From positions 1-53,447 of the forward strand of contig DATKVU010000171.1 of the NCBI GenBank assembly GCA_035529915.1: DNA of 53,447 nucleotides, given 5' to 3'. The stretch comes from Clostridia bacterium. GTDB lineage: Bacteria; Patescibacteriota; Microgenomatia; UM-FILTER-40-11. This document shows, piece after piece, positions 44,126 to 53,400 of this stretch (positions are counted from its first letter, which is position 1; each line of letters starts with the position of its first letter). The position numbers and the translations under genes are program-made. Under the pieces are notes generated by a model. That model was not told where the DNA came from. It worked only from the letters and a program-made list of their open reading frames with translations, and made no database searches.

Positions 44126-46821
44126 AGATTAGTAAAACTTTATCATTTTTTGGTTTCCTAATTATTTGCCTGTTCTTTTTTAGCGTTGTGCCAGTGAAAG
44201 CCACTAATTGGCTTTGCCCGAGTATTGACGCTTATATTTCTTGTTTTAGGGATCATATTTGTGGTATGTGTATTAACCTCGATGAAACTAGTGGTTGTTT
44301 TGCAGAAAACGATTGCGAGTGTATATCTTCGACTGCTTGTGGTAGTTATCCAGGAGATGTTTGTAACGGTGCTTCCGGCGGTTGGCTTTATCGGTATGGG
44401 GGAAAGTGCTATAAAGGGAAGCCAGACGCTGATGGCAATTGCATTGGCCAATATTATTGGAAATATAATGAATGTTTAGCCTCTGATAGATGTGAGGATT
44501 CAAGTGTGGGGAATGTCGAATGGCAATGCTCCTTGCCGGATAAGGGGGGAGGGGGTACTGGTTCAAACACTAACGGGAGAATTTTGCCCGGCATTTGCTC
44601 AGCGGGAACTTGCTCTGAAGGTTGCCGAAATGGTGGTTGGTATAAAACTTGCTGTCGGATTGCTGGTGGTGTAGTAACAGCGGGAGCTAGGTTGAGTGGA
44701 GCGGTTGCTCCCTGTAGCGGAGGATTTTGTCCTGATGCTGGAAGCACTTGCGTCAGAGACACAGGTTGTGATTCTACAAAATGTTTAAGCTCTGATTATT
44801 ATGGCTGTTGGATTTTAGGGGATTGTGCTGCTCCTACTAATACTCCTACTCCTGGCCTTGGGGCAACGAATACGCCTACACCTGTGCCGACTCAAGGGCC
44901 AACCCCTCTCCCAACATATTGCAACAGAAATGGCTGTACGGCAATGGAGTGCTGTGATTCTTGGGTTGAAATTGATGTTCCTTCCCAAGCACAAGTGGGT
45001 AGTAACGTAACCTTACGGGTTTTCCAACATCCTGGATGGTGTGGCCAGTCAGGCCAAGATAACGAGTGTGGTTGTGCCTACAACAATATTGATTTCTATA
45101 TGGTAGGGGTAAGCGCCTTAGGCTACCAGAAATGGCTTAGAGCTGATGGATTTACTAATCCCTATAAAATATGGAAGTTGGATAAAGTATATACCAGCAA
45201 TTCGGTTGGACACTGGTGGTACAACAAGAAAGTCAGAGAACAAAGGACTACTTGGAACACTACCGGTTTGGCCCCAGGATATTATGATGTTACTGCTGGC
45301 GGAGGGATGATTTATCTTGGCCATGGTGATAGATGTAGTGAGAATCATGCCTGTTGTGATGAATGGAGGACCTATTTGGGTGGAGCATATACTAGCGGAC
45401 CTTATATGCAACAAATTCTTAATCGATCAGTAAATCATAGGATTTTATTGACAGCTCCACCTCCAAGCTGTAGTGGTTTGACGGTTTCAAACTCTTGTCC
45501 AGTACCAGGAGAGAGCGTTATTCTTAATCAAACTACTTCTAATGTTGACTTTTTACATCGGGCTTACCGCTGGGGCGGAGTAGGCAGCTTTATTCACTTT
45601 GGCAGCAACAATACTGGCGCAGAAGCTTTTACAGTTCCTACTGGCGAAGGAAACTTGCAGCTGGTGGTTAATGCTTGTAATCGTGATACTTGGCAGGTTT
45701 GCCGCTGGACTGGCGGAGTTTACAACGACACTAATATGGATTGCAATCCAGATACTCTTACCTCATCTACTTGTCCTGGCTGTAATACCACTATTGGTGT
45801 TTGTCAAAAGCCGGGTAATCCTCTCTTTTCGGAAGCCTGTGAATCTACTGGAGAAGAAATAACTTTATCTTGGCTAGATCCAGCACCCCCGGGTAGCCCG
45901 AATAATGAGACTGGTTTTAGGATTACTCGTGATGGAAGTCCCTTAGGTAATTCTCCAGCTGACACAACCTCAGCCACTTTTGCTTGCCCTGACTTTAACT
46001 CTCATACCTATGGAATTGTTGCTTATAGGGATTGTGGGGCTTTGGTAGGTGGCAGTTGTACCGGAGTAGAGAAAGTAAGCACTCAAAACACCATTACTTG
46101 CTCTTGCGCTTATAAACATTGGTGGCAGGCTAAAGATGGAGATGTTCATGCTCAAGGGAATATTCATGTTGATGTTCCCAAAGATAACTTCTTAATCCTT
46201 GAAGGAGACAATGACGGTCAACCAGGGGTAGCCAGCTTTAAAGATGACTTGAATACTTCTCCAGGCTCACTTTCCAAGTCTGATTGGGACTGGCAAGCAA
46301 ATACCAGTTATGGAGCTAGGATAGGCTTTGAATATTTGAAGAACCGTCTTAATATTGATACCCGTGAGTCCAAGACTAGTTTTAGCGATATTTCCGGCAG
46401 CGGCATTTACTATTTTAACGATAGCAAAGCCATTGATTTTGAAACCCTTCCTGTTGGTACAGACAAAATAATTGTCTTTGTTGATAATGATGTTAATGTT
46501 GGGGGAGATATTACGGTTGACCAAGGCGGCTTTTTTGCCCTAATTGCTAGTGGTGACATTATCATTGCTAGTGAGGTAATCCAAGCCCACGGCTTTTTCT
46601 TGGCTGATGGAGAGATTAGGGTTCCCAGTGGAGAAACTGAGCAAGTATTTGAAGCCCAAGGCAGTTTTATTGGTCATGGTGGAGTTAGTTTAGAGAGGGA
46701 TTTAGGCCCAGAAGCAAATGTTGAGCCAGCTGAATTCTTTGTCTCTCGCTTTGACCTTTATCTTAATGCACCGGCTGAATTCCGCTTTTCTCCTTTTGTC
46801 TTCCGGGAAGTAGCTCCATAA
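44122..46821 (+). CDS. Giant Cys-rich secreted surface protein with an FN3-like domain and a beta-helix-like C-terminus
   Basis: Signal/TM segment, more than 50 Cys, PTNTPTP linkers and an ITLSWLDP...GFRITRDG FN3-like segment. Confidence 0.65.
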   Translation: MKISKTLSFFGFLIICLFFFSVVPVKATNWLCPSIDAYISCFRDHICGMCINLDETSGCFAENDCECISSTACGSYPGDVCNGASGGWLYRYGGKCYKGKPDADGNCIGQYYWKYNECLASDRCEDSSVGNVEWQCSLPDKGGGGTGSNTNGRILPGICSAGTCSEGCRNGGWYKTCCRIAGGVVTAGARLSGAVAPCSGGFCPDAGSTCVRDTGCDSTKCLSSDYYGCWILGDCAAPTNTPTPGLGATNTPTPVPTQGPTPLPTYCNRNGCTAMECCDSWVEIDVPSQAQVGSNVTLRVFQHPGWCGQSGQDNECGCAYNNIDFYMVGVSALGYQKWLRADGFTNPYKIWKLDKVYTSNSVGHWWYNKKVREQRTTWNTTGLAPGYYDVTAGGGMIYLGHGDRCSENHACCDEWRTYLGGAYTSGPYMQQILNRSVNHRILLTAPPPSCSGLTVSNSCPVPGESVILNQTTSNVDFLHRAYRWGGVGSFIHFGSNNTGAEAFTVPTGEGNLQLVVNACNRDTWQVCRWTGGVYNDTNMDCNPDTLTSSTCPGCNTTIGVCQKPGNPLFSEACESTGEEITLSWLDPAPPGSPNNETGFRITRDGSPLGNSPADTTSATFACPDFNSHTYGIVAYRDCGALVGGSCTGVEKVSTQNTITCSCAYKHWWQAKDGDVHAQGNIHVDVPKDNFLILEGDNDGQPGVASFKDDLNTSPGSLSKSDWDWQANTSYGARIGFEYLKNRLNIDTRESKTSFSDISGSGIYYFNDSKAIDFETLPVGTDKIIVFVDNDVNVGGDITVDQGGFFALIASGDIIIASEVIQAHGFFLADGEIRVPSGETEQVFEAQGSFIGHGGVSLERDLGPEANVEPAEFFVSRFDLYLNAPAEFRFSPFVFREVAP

Positions 46822-46852
46822 TAGTAGTTAGTAGATAGTAGTAAGTAGTTAG
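46822..46852. repeat. Left arm of an imperfect inverted repeat flanking the four-helix-bundle gene
   Basis: (TAGTAGNN)n-type sequence. 25 of 31 positions match the reverse complement of 47229-47259. Confidence 0.7.
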
Positions 46853-46856
46853 GAGA

Positions 46857-47231
46857 ATGGACCAGAGAGCAAAAATCAAATCGTTTACTGGATTGATTGC
46901 TTGGCAAAAAGGGCATCAATTGGTAATTGATACTTACAAGGCCACAAGCGAATTTCCAGCTAGAGAGACTTATTCTTTGATTGATCAAATGCGCCGAGCA
47001 GTGGTTTCAATAACTAGCAATATTGCTGAGGGTTTTAGCCGAAATAGTAATAAAGAGAAGGTCCAATTTTACTATCTTGCTTTAGGTTCGTTAACGGAGC
47101 TACAAAATCAGTTGTTAGTTGCTAAAGACGTTGGTTATTTATCGAAAAAGAAGTTTGAGGTTTTGGCCGCGCAGACTGTTGAACTCGCTAAAATCCTAAA
47201 TGGTCTAATTAAATCTGTCAAAAACATCTAG
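46857..47231 (+). CDS. Four-helix-bundle protein (23S rRNA intervening-sequence protein / Avd family)
   Basis: Family-typical motifs WQKGHQLVIDTYK...FPARETYSLIDQMRRAVVSITSNIAEGF...LGSLTELQNQL. Confidence 0.8.
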   Translation: MDQRAKIKSFTGLIAWQKGHQLVIDTYKATSEFPARETYSLIDQMRRAVVSITSNIAEGFSRNSNKEKVQFYYLALGSLTELQNQLLVAKDVGYLSKKKFEVLAAQTVELAKILNGLIKSVKNI

Positions 47232-47259
47232 CTACTGACTACTTTCTACTCGCTACTAA
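47229..47259. repeat. Right arm of the inverted repeat flanking the four-helix-bundle gene
   Basis: Its reverse complement, TTTAGTAGCGAGTAGAAAGTAGTCAGTAGCTA, aligns with 46822-46852. Confidence 0.7.
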
Positions 47260-47264
47260 ATCGG

Positions 47265-47337
47265 TGGAGTGTACCGGATTTGAACCGGTGACCTCCTCGC
47301 TGCCAGCGAGGCGCTCTACCAACTGAGCCAACACCCC
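47265..47337 (-). tRNA. tRNA-Ala (GGC anticodon)
   Basis: Acceptor GGGGTGT/ACACTCC with G3:U70. Anticodon loop is CTGGCAG and the T-loop is TTCAAAT. Confidence 0.9.
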
Positions 47338-47388
47338 AAGCCTATCTATTTTAGCAAAATTTGGGCTTAAACTCAATCAGTTAAGAGG

Positions 47389-47697
47389 CTATTGAGGAAA
47401 GACTCTGTTTTCCAAGCGCTTAATTCTTTTTTCGTGGTCTTTAAACTCAATCTGATTAGGAGTGTTTTTCTGTAAATAGTGAACTTCTCTTTTAATAATT
47501 TTGACATCTGTCTCAACTCCACCTAACCTGTTTTCAACTCCACCTAACCTGTTTTCAACCCTTTTTAAATCATCTTTTGTGGCCAGACTTTTCAGATCAT
47601 CCTTGGTAGCCATGTTTTCCGTCGCCTTGATAACGGCCTTGGAGATTTGAGCTACTGCTGTCTCGATTGCTTCGTCTAAATCTTTTTTGGTAATCAT
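47389..47697 (-). CDS. Small coiled-coil protein with a VENRLGG tandem repeat
   Basis: 102 aa. An in-frame 21-nt tandem repeat lies at 47513-47561. Confidence 0.5.
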   Translation of the reverse strand: MITKKDLDEAIETAVAQISKAVIKATENMATKDDLKSLATKDDLKRVENRLGGVENRLGGVETDVKIIKREVHYLQKNTPNQIEFKDHEKRIKRLENRVFPQ

Positions 47698-47749
47698 AGT
47701 TTAATCATGTCATAAATTAGATTAGCTAGTCAAGTAATTATTTCCTATT

Positions 47750-49735
47750 TTAAGGTTGAGCCTCTGGAGTAGGGGTGACTGGTGGCGACCCTTCCTCTGG
47801 TAGCTCCAAAGGTGGTTCAATTCCTTCAGCCGGTGGCGCCGGAGTCACTAGAGTTTCTGGCTCGCTTGGTTCTTGGGTTTTAGGAGTGGGAGTTGGGATA
47901 GGGAGCCGCTTTTTTACTTCTTCCAACTCACTGCTAACTTTCTGATAATCATTACTATCAATGGGAACCAGGCTTTGGCTAACTTCATACTCTTGCCTGG
48001 CACCAGCCAAGTCTCCTGCTTCCCGAAGGACATTGGCGAGATTATAGTGAGCATTGGCCCAATCAGGTTTTAGATTGACTGCTTGGGCAAAGAGATTAGC
48101 AGCCTGTTGCCAATTTTGCTGGCTGTAGTATAGTCCTCCCAGGTCAACTCTTAGTCGGGGATTTAAGGGATCAAGGTTAATGGCTTGCTGATAACTGGCC
48201 AGGGCCCATTGATCGGCGCCTTCAGCAAAATTAATTAGATTGCGATAAAGATTGGCCAGATTTTCCCAAGCCACTACGTTTCGGGGATCAACCGCGACTG
48301 CAGCCTTGGCTTCCCGAATTGCTTGTTGGACCAGCTGGGTAATGGTGCTTCGGTCCTGGTCAGTTAGCTCTTGCTTTGTTGCCAAAGAATTGGCTAAGGC
48401 AAGATTGGTTTGAGAGTAGGCAATTCGGTAATTGGCTGAGGCAGGATCAGCCTGAATTGCTTTTATCTGCAGATTGTAGGTTGTAACGCCATCGTTTTGA
48501 GCAGCGGCTTTAAGCGAGTTTAAAAAGTAATGGTTAGCCAAGGCTAGCTTGCCAGCAAAAAATAGAGTCCCTCCCCAAAAAGCTAAGGGTAAAACCAGGC
48601 CCAGAAAAGCAAAGCCGCCAGCTGCAGAAAAGTCCAGGCTAACTTGTTCCTCATCCCGAGCAACTGCCAGTAAGATAAATACCAAAGCTAAAAGAAAGAA
48701 GTTTAAAGGAATAAAAAATTGAGTGATTAAAAGAATAATTAGGGCCAGATAACTGGCTAGTCCTGTATAGGAAATTCTTGGCTTGCGAAAAACTCTAATT
48801 CCGTCTCTAAAAATCCTCCAGCCGAGAAAAAGATAAGCGACCAAACCAATAATTCCTACTTCAGTTAAAAGCTGGTAATACCAGTTGGAGGAGGAACCAA
48901 AACGCAAGTTCCAAAAATCAGTATTATTAAAATTCAGGCTTTTAAAAGAAGTAAAGGCATTGACAAACTGACCTGGACCCAAGCCCAAAGCCGCAAAGCG
49001 ACCGTTTTTTAAGCCCTCAAGAGCAATTGCCCAGGCAGTGGATTGGGGGAGCAAGATTGGTTGGGCGGTAGTCGTTAAAAGATGGAAACTCAAGCCTAGA
49101 CCGACCAGATTAAGAGTATTGAGTAAAAATATTGCTCCGGCACTTAGTAGTTTTTGCTGCCTTAAGTTTTCATACATTAAGCTAAAGCCCAAAGGAATAA
49201 GCGCTAAAAGAAAAACCGCTTGAGCAATTAAGCTGCCAGTCGGGCTCCAAGCTTTGGTTATCGAAAGATTTAAAGAGGGGTAATTAAGAGGAAAGCTAAA
49301 ATCGCCTAAAAAAAGAACTACTCTAAGTAAAGAAAGCACCAAACCGCTTCCTAAAAGCGAGTAGAGAATGGTTTTTCTCTTTCCTAAACTGTTGAGCAAA
49401 AGATAGAGCAGAGTGCTAATCAGAACCGCACCCGCGCCAGTAGCCGCGGCAAAAGATTGAGTTTTGTTGGAAGAATTAACAAAAGTTGAGGCTAAAAAAG
49501 CCACTAGAATCAAAAGAACAGGGAAAAGGTAATGGCTTTTTTTATAAATCAGTTTTTTTTCGCTAATAGTTTGTAGGGTCCAGACTAAAAAAACAACTAA
49601 ACAAGCTAGTAGCAAAAAGATTTGTTTGCCAAAATCAAAACCGTCAGTAAAATAGGGAAGAAATATTAAGGGAAGAAAGAAAACTACTGCCGCCAGAAGA
49701 AACTCAGCAGTTTGAGAAAAGATTTTGTTTTTCAT
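47750..49735 (-). CDS. O-antigen-ligase/polymerase-like polytopic membrane protein with C-terminal TPR repeats
   Basis: About 12 TM segments, then TPR-like repeats (AWENLANLY, ALASYQQAINLDP, AHYNLANVL), then a Pro-rich tail. Confidence 0.65.
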   Translation of the reverse strand: MKNKIFSQTAEFLLAAVVFFLPLIFLPYFTDGFDFGKQIFLLLACLVVFLVWTLQTISEKKLIYKKSHYLFPVLLILVAFLASTFVNSSNKTQSFAAATGAGAVLISTLLYLLLNSLGKRKTILYSLLGSGLVLSLLRVVLFLGDFSFPLNYPSLNLSITKAWSPTGSLIAQAVFLLALIPLGFSLMYENLRQQKLLSAGAIFLLNTLNLVGLGLSFHLLTTTAQPILLPQSTAWAIALEGLKNGRFAALGLGPGQFVNAFTSFKSLNFNNTDFWNLRFGSSSNWYYQLLTEVGIIGLVAYLFLGWRIFRDGIRVFRKPRISYTGLASYLALIILLITQFFIPLNFFLLALVFILLAVARDEEQVSLDFSAAGGFAFLGLVLPLAFWGGTLFFAGKLALANHYFLNSLKAAAQNDGVTTYNLQIKAIQADPASANYRIAYSQTNLALANSLATKQELTDQDRSTITQLVQQAIREAKAAVAVDPRNVVAWENLANLYRNLINFAEGADQWALASYQQAINLDPLNPRLRVDLGGLYYSQQNWQQAANLFAQAVNLKPDWANAHYNLANVLREAGDLAGARQEYEVSQSLVPIDSNDYQKVSSELEEVKKRLPIPTPTPKTQEPSEPETLVTPAPPAEGIEPPLELPEEGSPPVTPTPEAQP

Positions 49736-49748
49736 TATCTATGTTTCC

Positions 49749-49812
49749 GGTCCAAAAATCCTGCCTGGCTCCTTAGCTTCCAGAGAAGGAGGTAGCCTGA
49801 CTTGGATGGACC
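49749..49812 (-). ncRNA. Candidate structured RNA with an SRP-RNA domain-IV-like motif (tentative)
   Basis: Minus-strand hairpin GGUCCA...UGGACC encloses CCAAGUCAGG...GGAA...AAGGAGCCAGGCAGG. E. coli 4.5S has CCAGGUCAGGUCCGGAAGGAAGCAGCCAAGGCAG. The apical part does not fold canonically. Confidence 0.25.
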
Positions 49813-50043
49813 TTACTCCACTACCAAAAGCAAGCTTTCTTTGAGAAAACGCGGGCGAAAGTCCTCCGATTCGGAGGAGTCGTTAACCGCCTTTTCCAAA
49901 GCGCTTTACTTTCAGCGCTAATATTAAAATTTGAAAGTTCTTCTCTATATTGTTAAAAGAATCGGCAACTTTTGTCAAGGACCAATTTGAGGCGAAATCA
50001 ATAATCAATAACACAATAACACAATAACCAGTGAATACTTCAA

Positions 50044-50445
50044 TTAATTAATTTTCAATTTCTTTTTTGAGGAGCTGATGATTTTTGAGAATATTAAGAG
50101 CAATTCCTGGGCCTCTTTCCAAATTAACCTGAATTCATCTTTGTGTTCTTCGTTTGCCCTGGCCAAAAGTCTTAACCAATGCATGGTTTCCTTAATTTCC
50201 TTTTTGGCAATACCCATCTTATGGATGAAATCTTTTCTGCTTTCTGATTCGTTAGCCTCACAATAATTAGCCCCGATTGATCCTGAAGCACCCACGATTT
50301 GTTCAACCAATCTCTTATTAATTGTGCTCCCGGGAATTTTTTTGATCAAGTCAATTACCGTCTCGCCAAATTTAGCCGTTCTTTCTTCTAGGTCGAATGT
50401 CTTTGATTGATTATTGGAATTTGGAAATTGGTTATTATTAGTCAA
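50044..50445 (-). CDS. Four-helix-bundle protein (23S rRNA IVS protein / Avd family), second copy
   Basis: Motifs FDLEERTAKFGETVIDL...IVGASGSIGANYCEA...KKEIKETMHWLRLL. TTG start overlaps the LamG gene stop by 8 nt, so the true start is uncertain. Confidence 0.75.
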   Translation of the reverse strand: MTNNNQFPNSNNQSKTFDLEERTAKFGETVIDLIKKIPGSTINKRLVEQIVGASGSIGANYCEANESESRKDFIHKMGIAKKEIKETMHWLRLLARANEEHKDEFRLIWKEAQELLLIFSKIISSSKKKLKIN

Positions 50446-53400
50446 TTCTTACTCCCTCCATCCTTATGCCCTCAAACTTAAAGCTTCCTTGGCCGAGGTC
50501 TAGTTGGGAGGTAGAACACCAGTCGGAATAAACTCCGGATTTTTCCGCCCGAATGCGGTATTGGTAAGTATGGTTGCCGGAAGTTGAACTGTCGGTGTGG
50601 GAGGTGCTGTCAGGGTCTTTGGTAATTAAGTCGACAAAACCGGCGCCATCAGTGTTTTTCTGAATTTGATAGCCAGTTTCAATTGTATTAGTGTCGTTCC
50701 ACTTAACAATAATTTGACTGTCCTGGGGGTGCTCTTCCAAAAGGCAGCCGGTAGGAGTGTATAAGTATTCATAATCCAAAGTGACTGAAGTTAAGGAAGG
50801 AGAAACTGCTTTATCGTTACTGGAAAAAATTGTCCGGTATTGGAAATAGCGCTTGCCGAGAGAGGAGGTGATGGTTGAGCCGGTGGAATTGGTTAAATAA
50901 TTGCCGACGGAGCGGAAATCATCCAGCCAGACATTAGCGCCCGAGGAGCCGTCGGTGATTCTTAGGGTGACTTTAGTGGTGGTATTGCGGTGAGTACTTA
51001 AGCTACCCGTTATATCAAAATATTCCCGCTGCCACTTAGAAACAGTAGAGTTAGCAGTAAAGCCGTTGTTGGGAACAGTTGAGCCGGTATCCCATTCATC
51101 GACTGTTACTGCTCCGCTACTGGCGGTGACAGAGGTAACTGTTCCCTGGGCCAGGTATTCAGTGGCGCCGACTTTTTCTTTAATAATAATTTTGTCGCCA
51201 GCATATAAATTATCGCCCATGTTTTGAGCGCCATACGCGGTTCCGTCTATGGTAAAAGAAGTATCGCCTGATCCGGTAATTAAATCGGAATTGAGTTTAG
51301 CTTTAAAGTCAATCGTAATCGGATGAGTCCGCTGGCTAACTTCATAAGCTTGTCTAATTTCATCAGCCGGGTGAACGACACTGTCCGCTCTAAATTCATC
51401 AATTATGCCGTTGAAGAAGCCGCCATACGCGGCTCTGCCGATAGCACCAATAGTGGCTTTGTTAATGGTAGTGGTGGCTCGAGTATAAGTGCCGCTAATA
51501 TCGAGAGCGCCATTGACATAAACCTTGTATGTGCCGTTGTTGTCGGTATAGACGACATGGTTCCAGTTGTTATTAAAAACTGGAGTGTTGGTCATCACAT
51601 CGAGCCGGCCTACACCGTCATCGCTCCGAATAAAAACCCTTAGTTTACTGTTGGTAGAACTGGCGGTTAAGCCGGTTCCGATGGCTAAAAGAGGATTGTT
51701 ACTTGTCGAACTGCCTTCGGAAAAGACTCTTTTGTCTTCCAAGTTAGAAGGGGCTTTAACCCAAAAAGAAAGGGTATAGGCGCTATTGTTGTGAATTCCG
51801 GCCGCATCGTCAACTCGGATAAAATCACTGGAGCCATTAAAATATCTAGCTTTGCCGATTTTTCCTTGGGTTATGTTAGTCGGGTCAGTATAAGTAATCT
51901 TGAAATTGTCAATGTAGGCGGCAGAAGCGGAGATTGCCCAAGAGGCAAACCGCCAGGTTTGACCAGTAGGCATGGCGCAAGAGTAGTCGCCGTTAACGCT
52001 GGGATCATCTTTTTCCCAAACTTTTAGATAAAAGCCATTAGTATCGTCAACCCGAAGAAGTCCGGTATACCAAACGCCGGTTTGAGCGCTGGTAATCAGG
52101 GTTTTGGGATATTGCCAGCCACCACCATCGTTATATTGTACCCAAATATTACCAGCTCCGTCTTCTTGTATGCACCAGCGGTAAGCGCCGTCAGAGGTTT
52201 CCAGGGCGCCAATATGCCAAGTAGAGGTAGCGGTCCTTTGAAAATCAAAAATCACTTCCTCACCGCTGGTCAAACTGGGGGTAGTCTGATTAAACTTGCG
52301 GTAAGTACCGTCTCCTATCATTTTTAAGACATTTTCGCCACCGAGATTATAGGGGATTGTTTGGTAAGTGGCATTAATGGTCCAGAACGAAGTGTCCTGT
52401 GAGTCAAAACCTTCAAATTTCTCGTTTAAATATTCGCCGTCATCGTTGTTGTTAGAACTGTCATATATTTCCCGCTCAGGCCCTTGTTCGTCCAAATGCC
52501 AAAAACCGACGGTGTTGGCATCCGGTTCATAGCTGGCAAAGGCCGACTCGCCAATAGCCGCGTTTAAAAAAGTTCCCTGTCGGTCAGAGGCAACATAAAA
52601 AGGCAGTTTTGTTTTGCTAGATAAGTCGGTGGAGCTGATTGTTCGAGAGAGTCGATGGTCTCTTCCGGCCCGGTAGGCCTCGGCAATTTCTTCGGTCGTT
52701 CGGGCAGAATTGGAAACACGGACTTCATCAATAATGCCATCAAAATAAGAAGTGGTGGCAAAAACACTTCTCCCGATATTGCCGCTGCCAGAGACAGCCA
52801 TACTACCACCGCTACCGGTATATGTCCCGCCAGCATCAGCCCCGTTAATATAGATGCTCATATCAGTTGCTCCCCGAATAACACTGGCGAGATGGTACCA
52901 TTGCCCGGTGGTAACTGCGTTTGTTGCTGTTGTTTTTGACCTTCTACTGGTTGCTCCAATAACTGTCCCGTCACCATAGCTTATATCTAGTTGATATGTG
53001 CCCACGACTCCAAATCGAAAACCATAATAATTTGTCGTATTTCCATTCTGTTGGACAATCATTGGCGAACCGGTTTGCGAGTCGATTTTTACCCAGGCCT
53101 CAACTGTTATAGGAAGAGTAGTAATAGAGTTTAATCCTGTGCCCAGGTTAATATAATTGCTACTACCATTGAAGTCTCTTCCTTTTCCGGAAAATCCTTC
53201 GGTAATGGTTGGCATATTGGCCCCTATTCCGTGCTTATTGTTGCCGGACGAATCATAAAAAGTAGTCCCTACGCCTGTGCCAGTTTCTTCAAGATGCCAA
53301 AGAGCAACAGTATTAGTAATGGCCTGAGGGGGGCCAAAGGAAAGTTTCATGCTCCCGTTTCCTTCCATTTTAATGGTAGATTCATCGGTTTTGGTTTTGG

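Noticed and set aside
47513-47561. A possible CRISPR-like or other non-coding repeat array.
   Set aside because: There are only 2.3 directly adjacent copies with no spacers, and they are in frame inside an ORF. No CRISPR array or cas gene is visible anywhere in the window.
49851-49866. A plus-strand GCGAAAGUCC string that resembles the RNase P RNA P4 motif (GAGGAAAGUCC), with AAAGAAUCGGCAAC about 100 nt downstream as a possible 3' P4 strand.
   Set aside because: The two strings are only about 100 nt apart and the whole intergenic space is about 300 nt. None of the other conserved RNase P blocks (the specificity domain, or ACAGAA.CCGGCUUA) are present.
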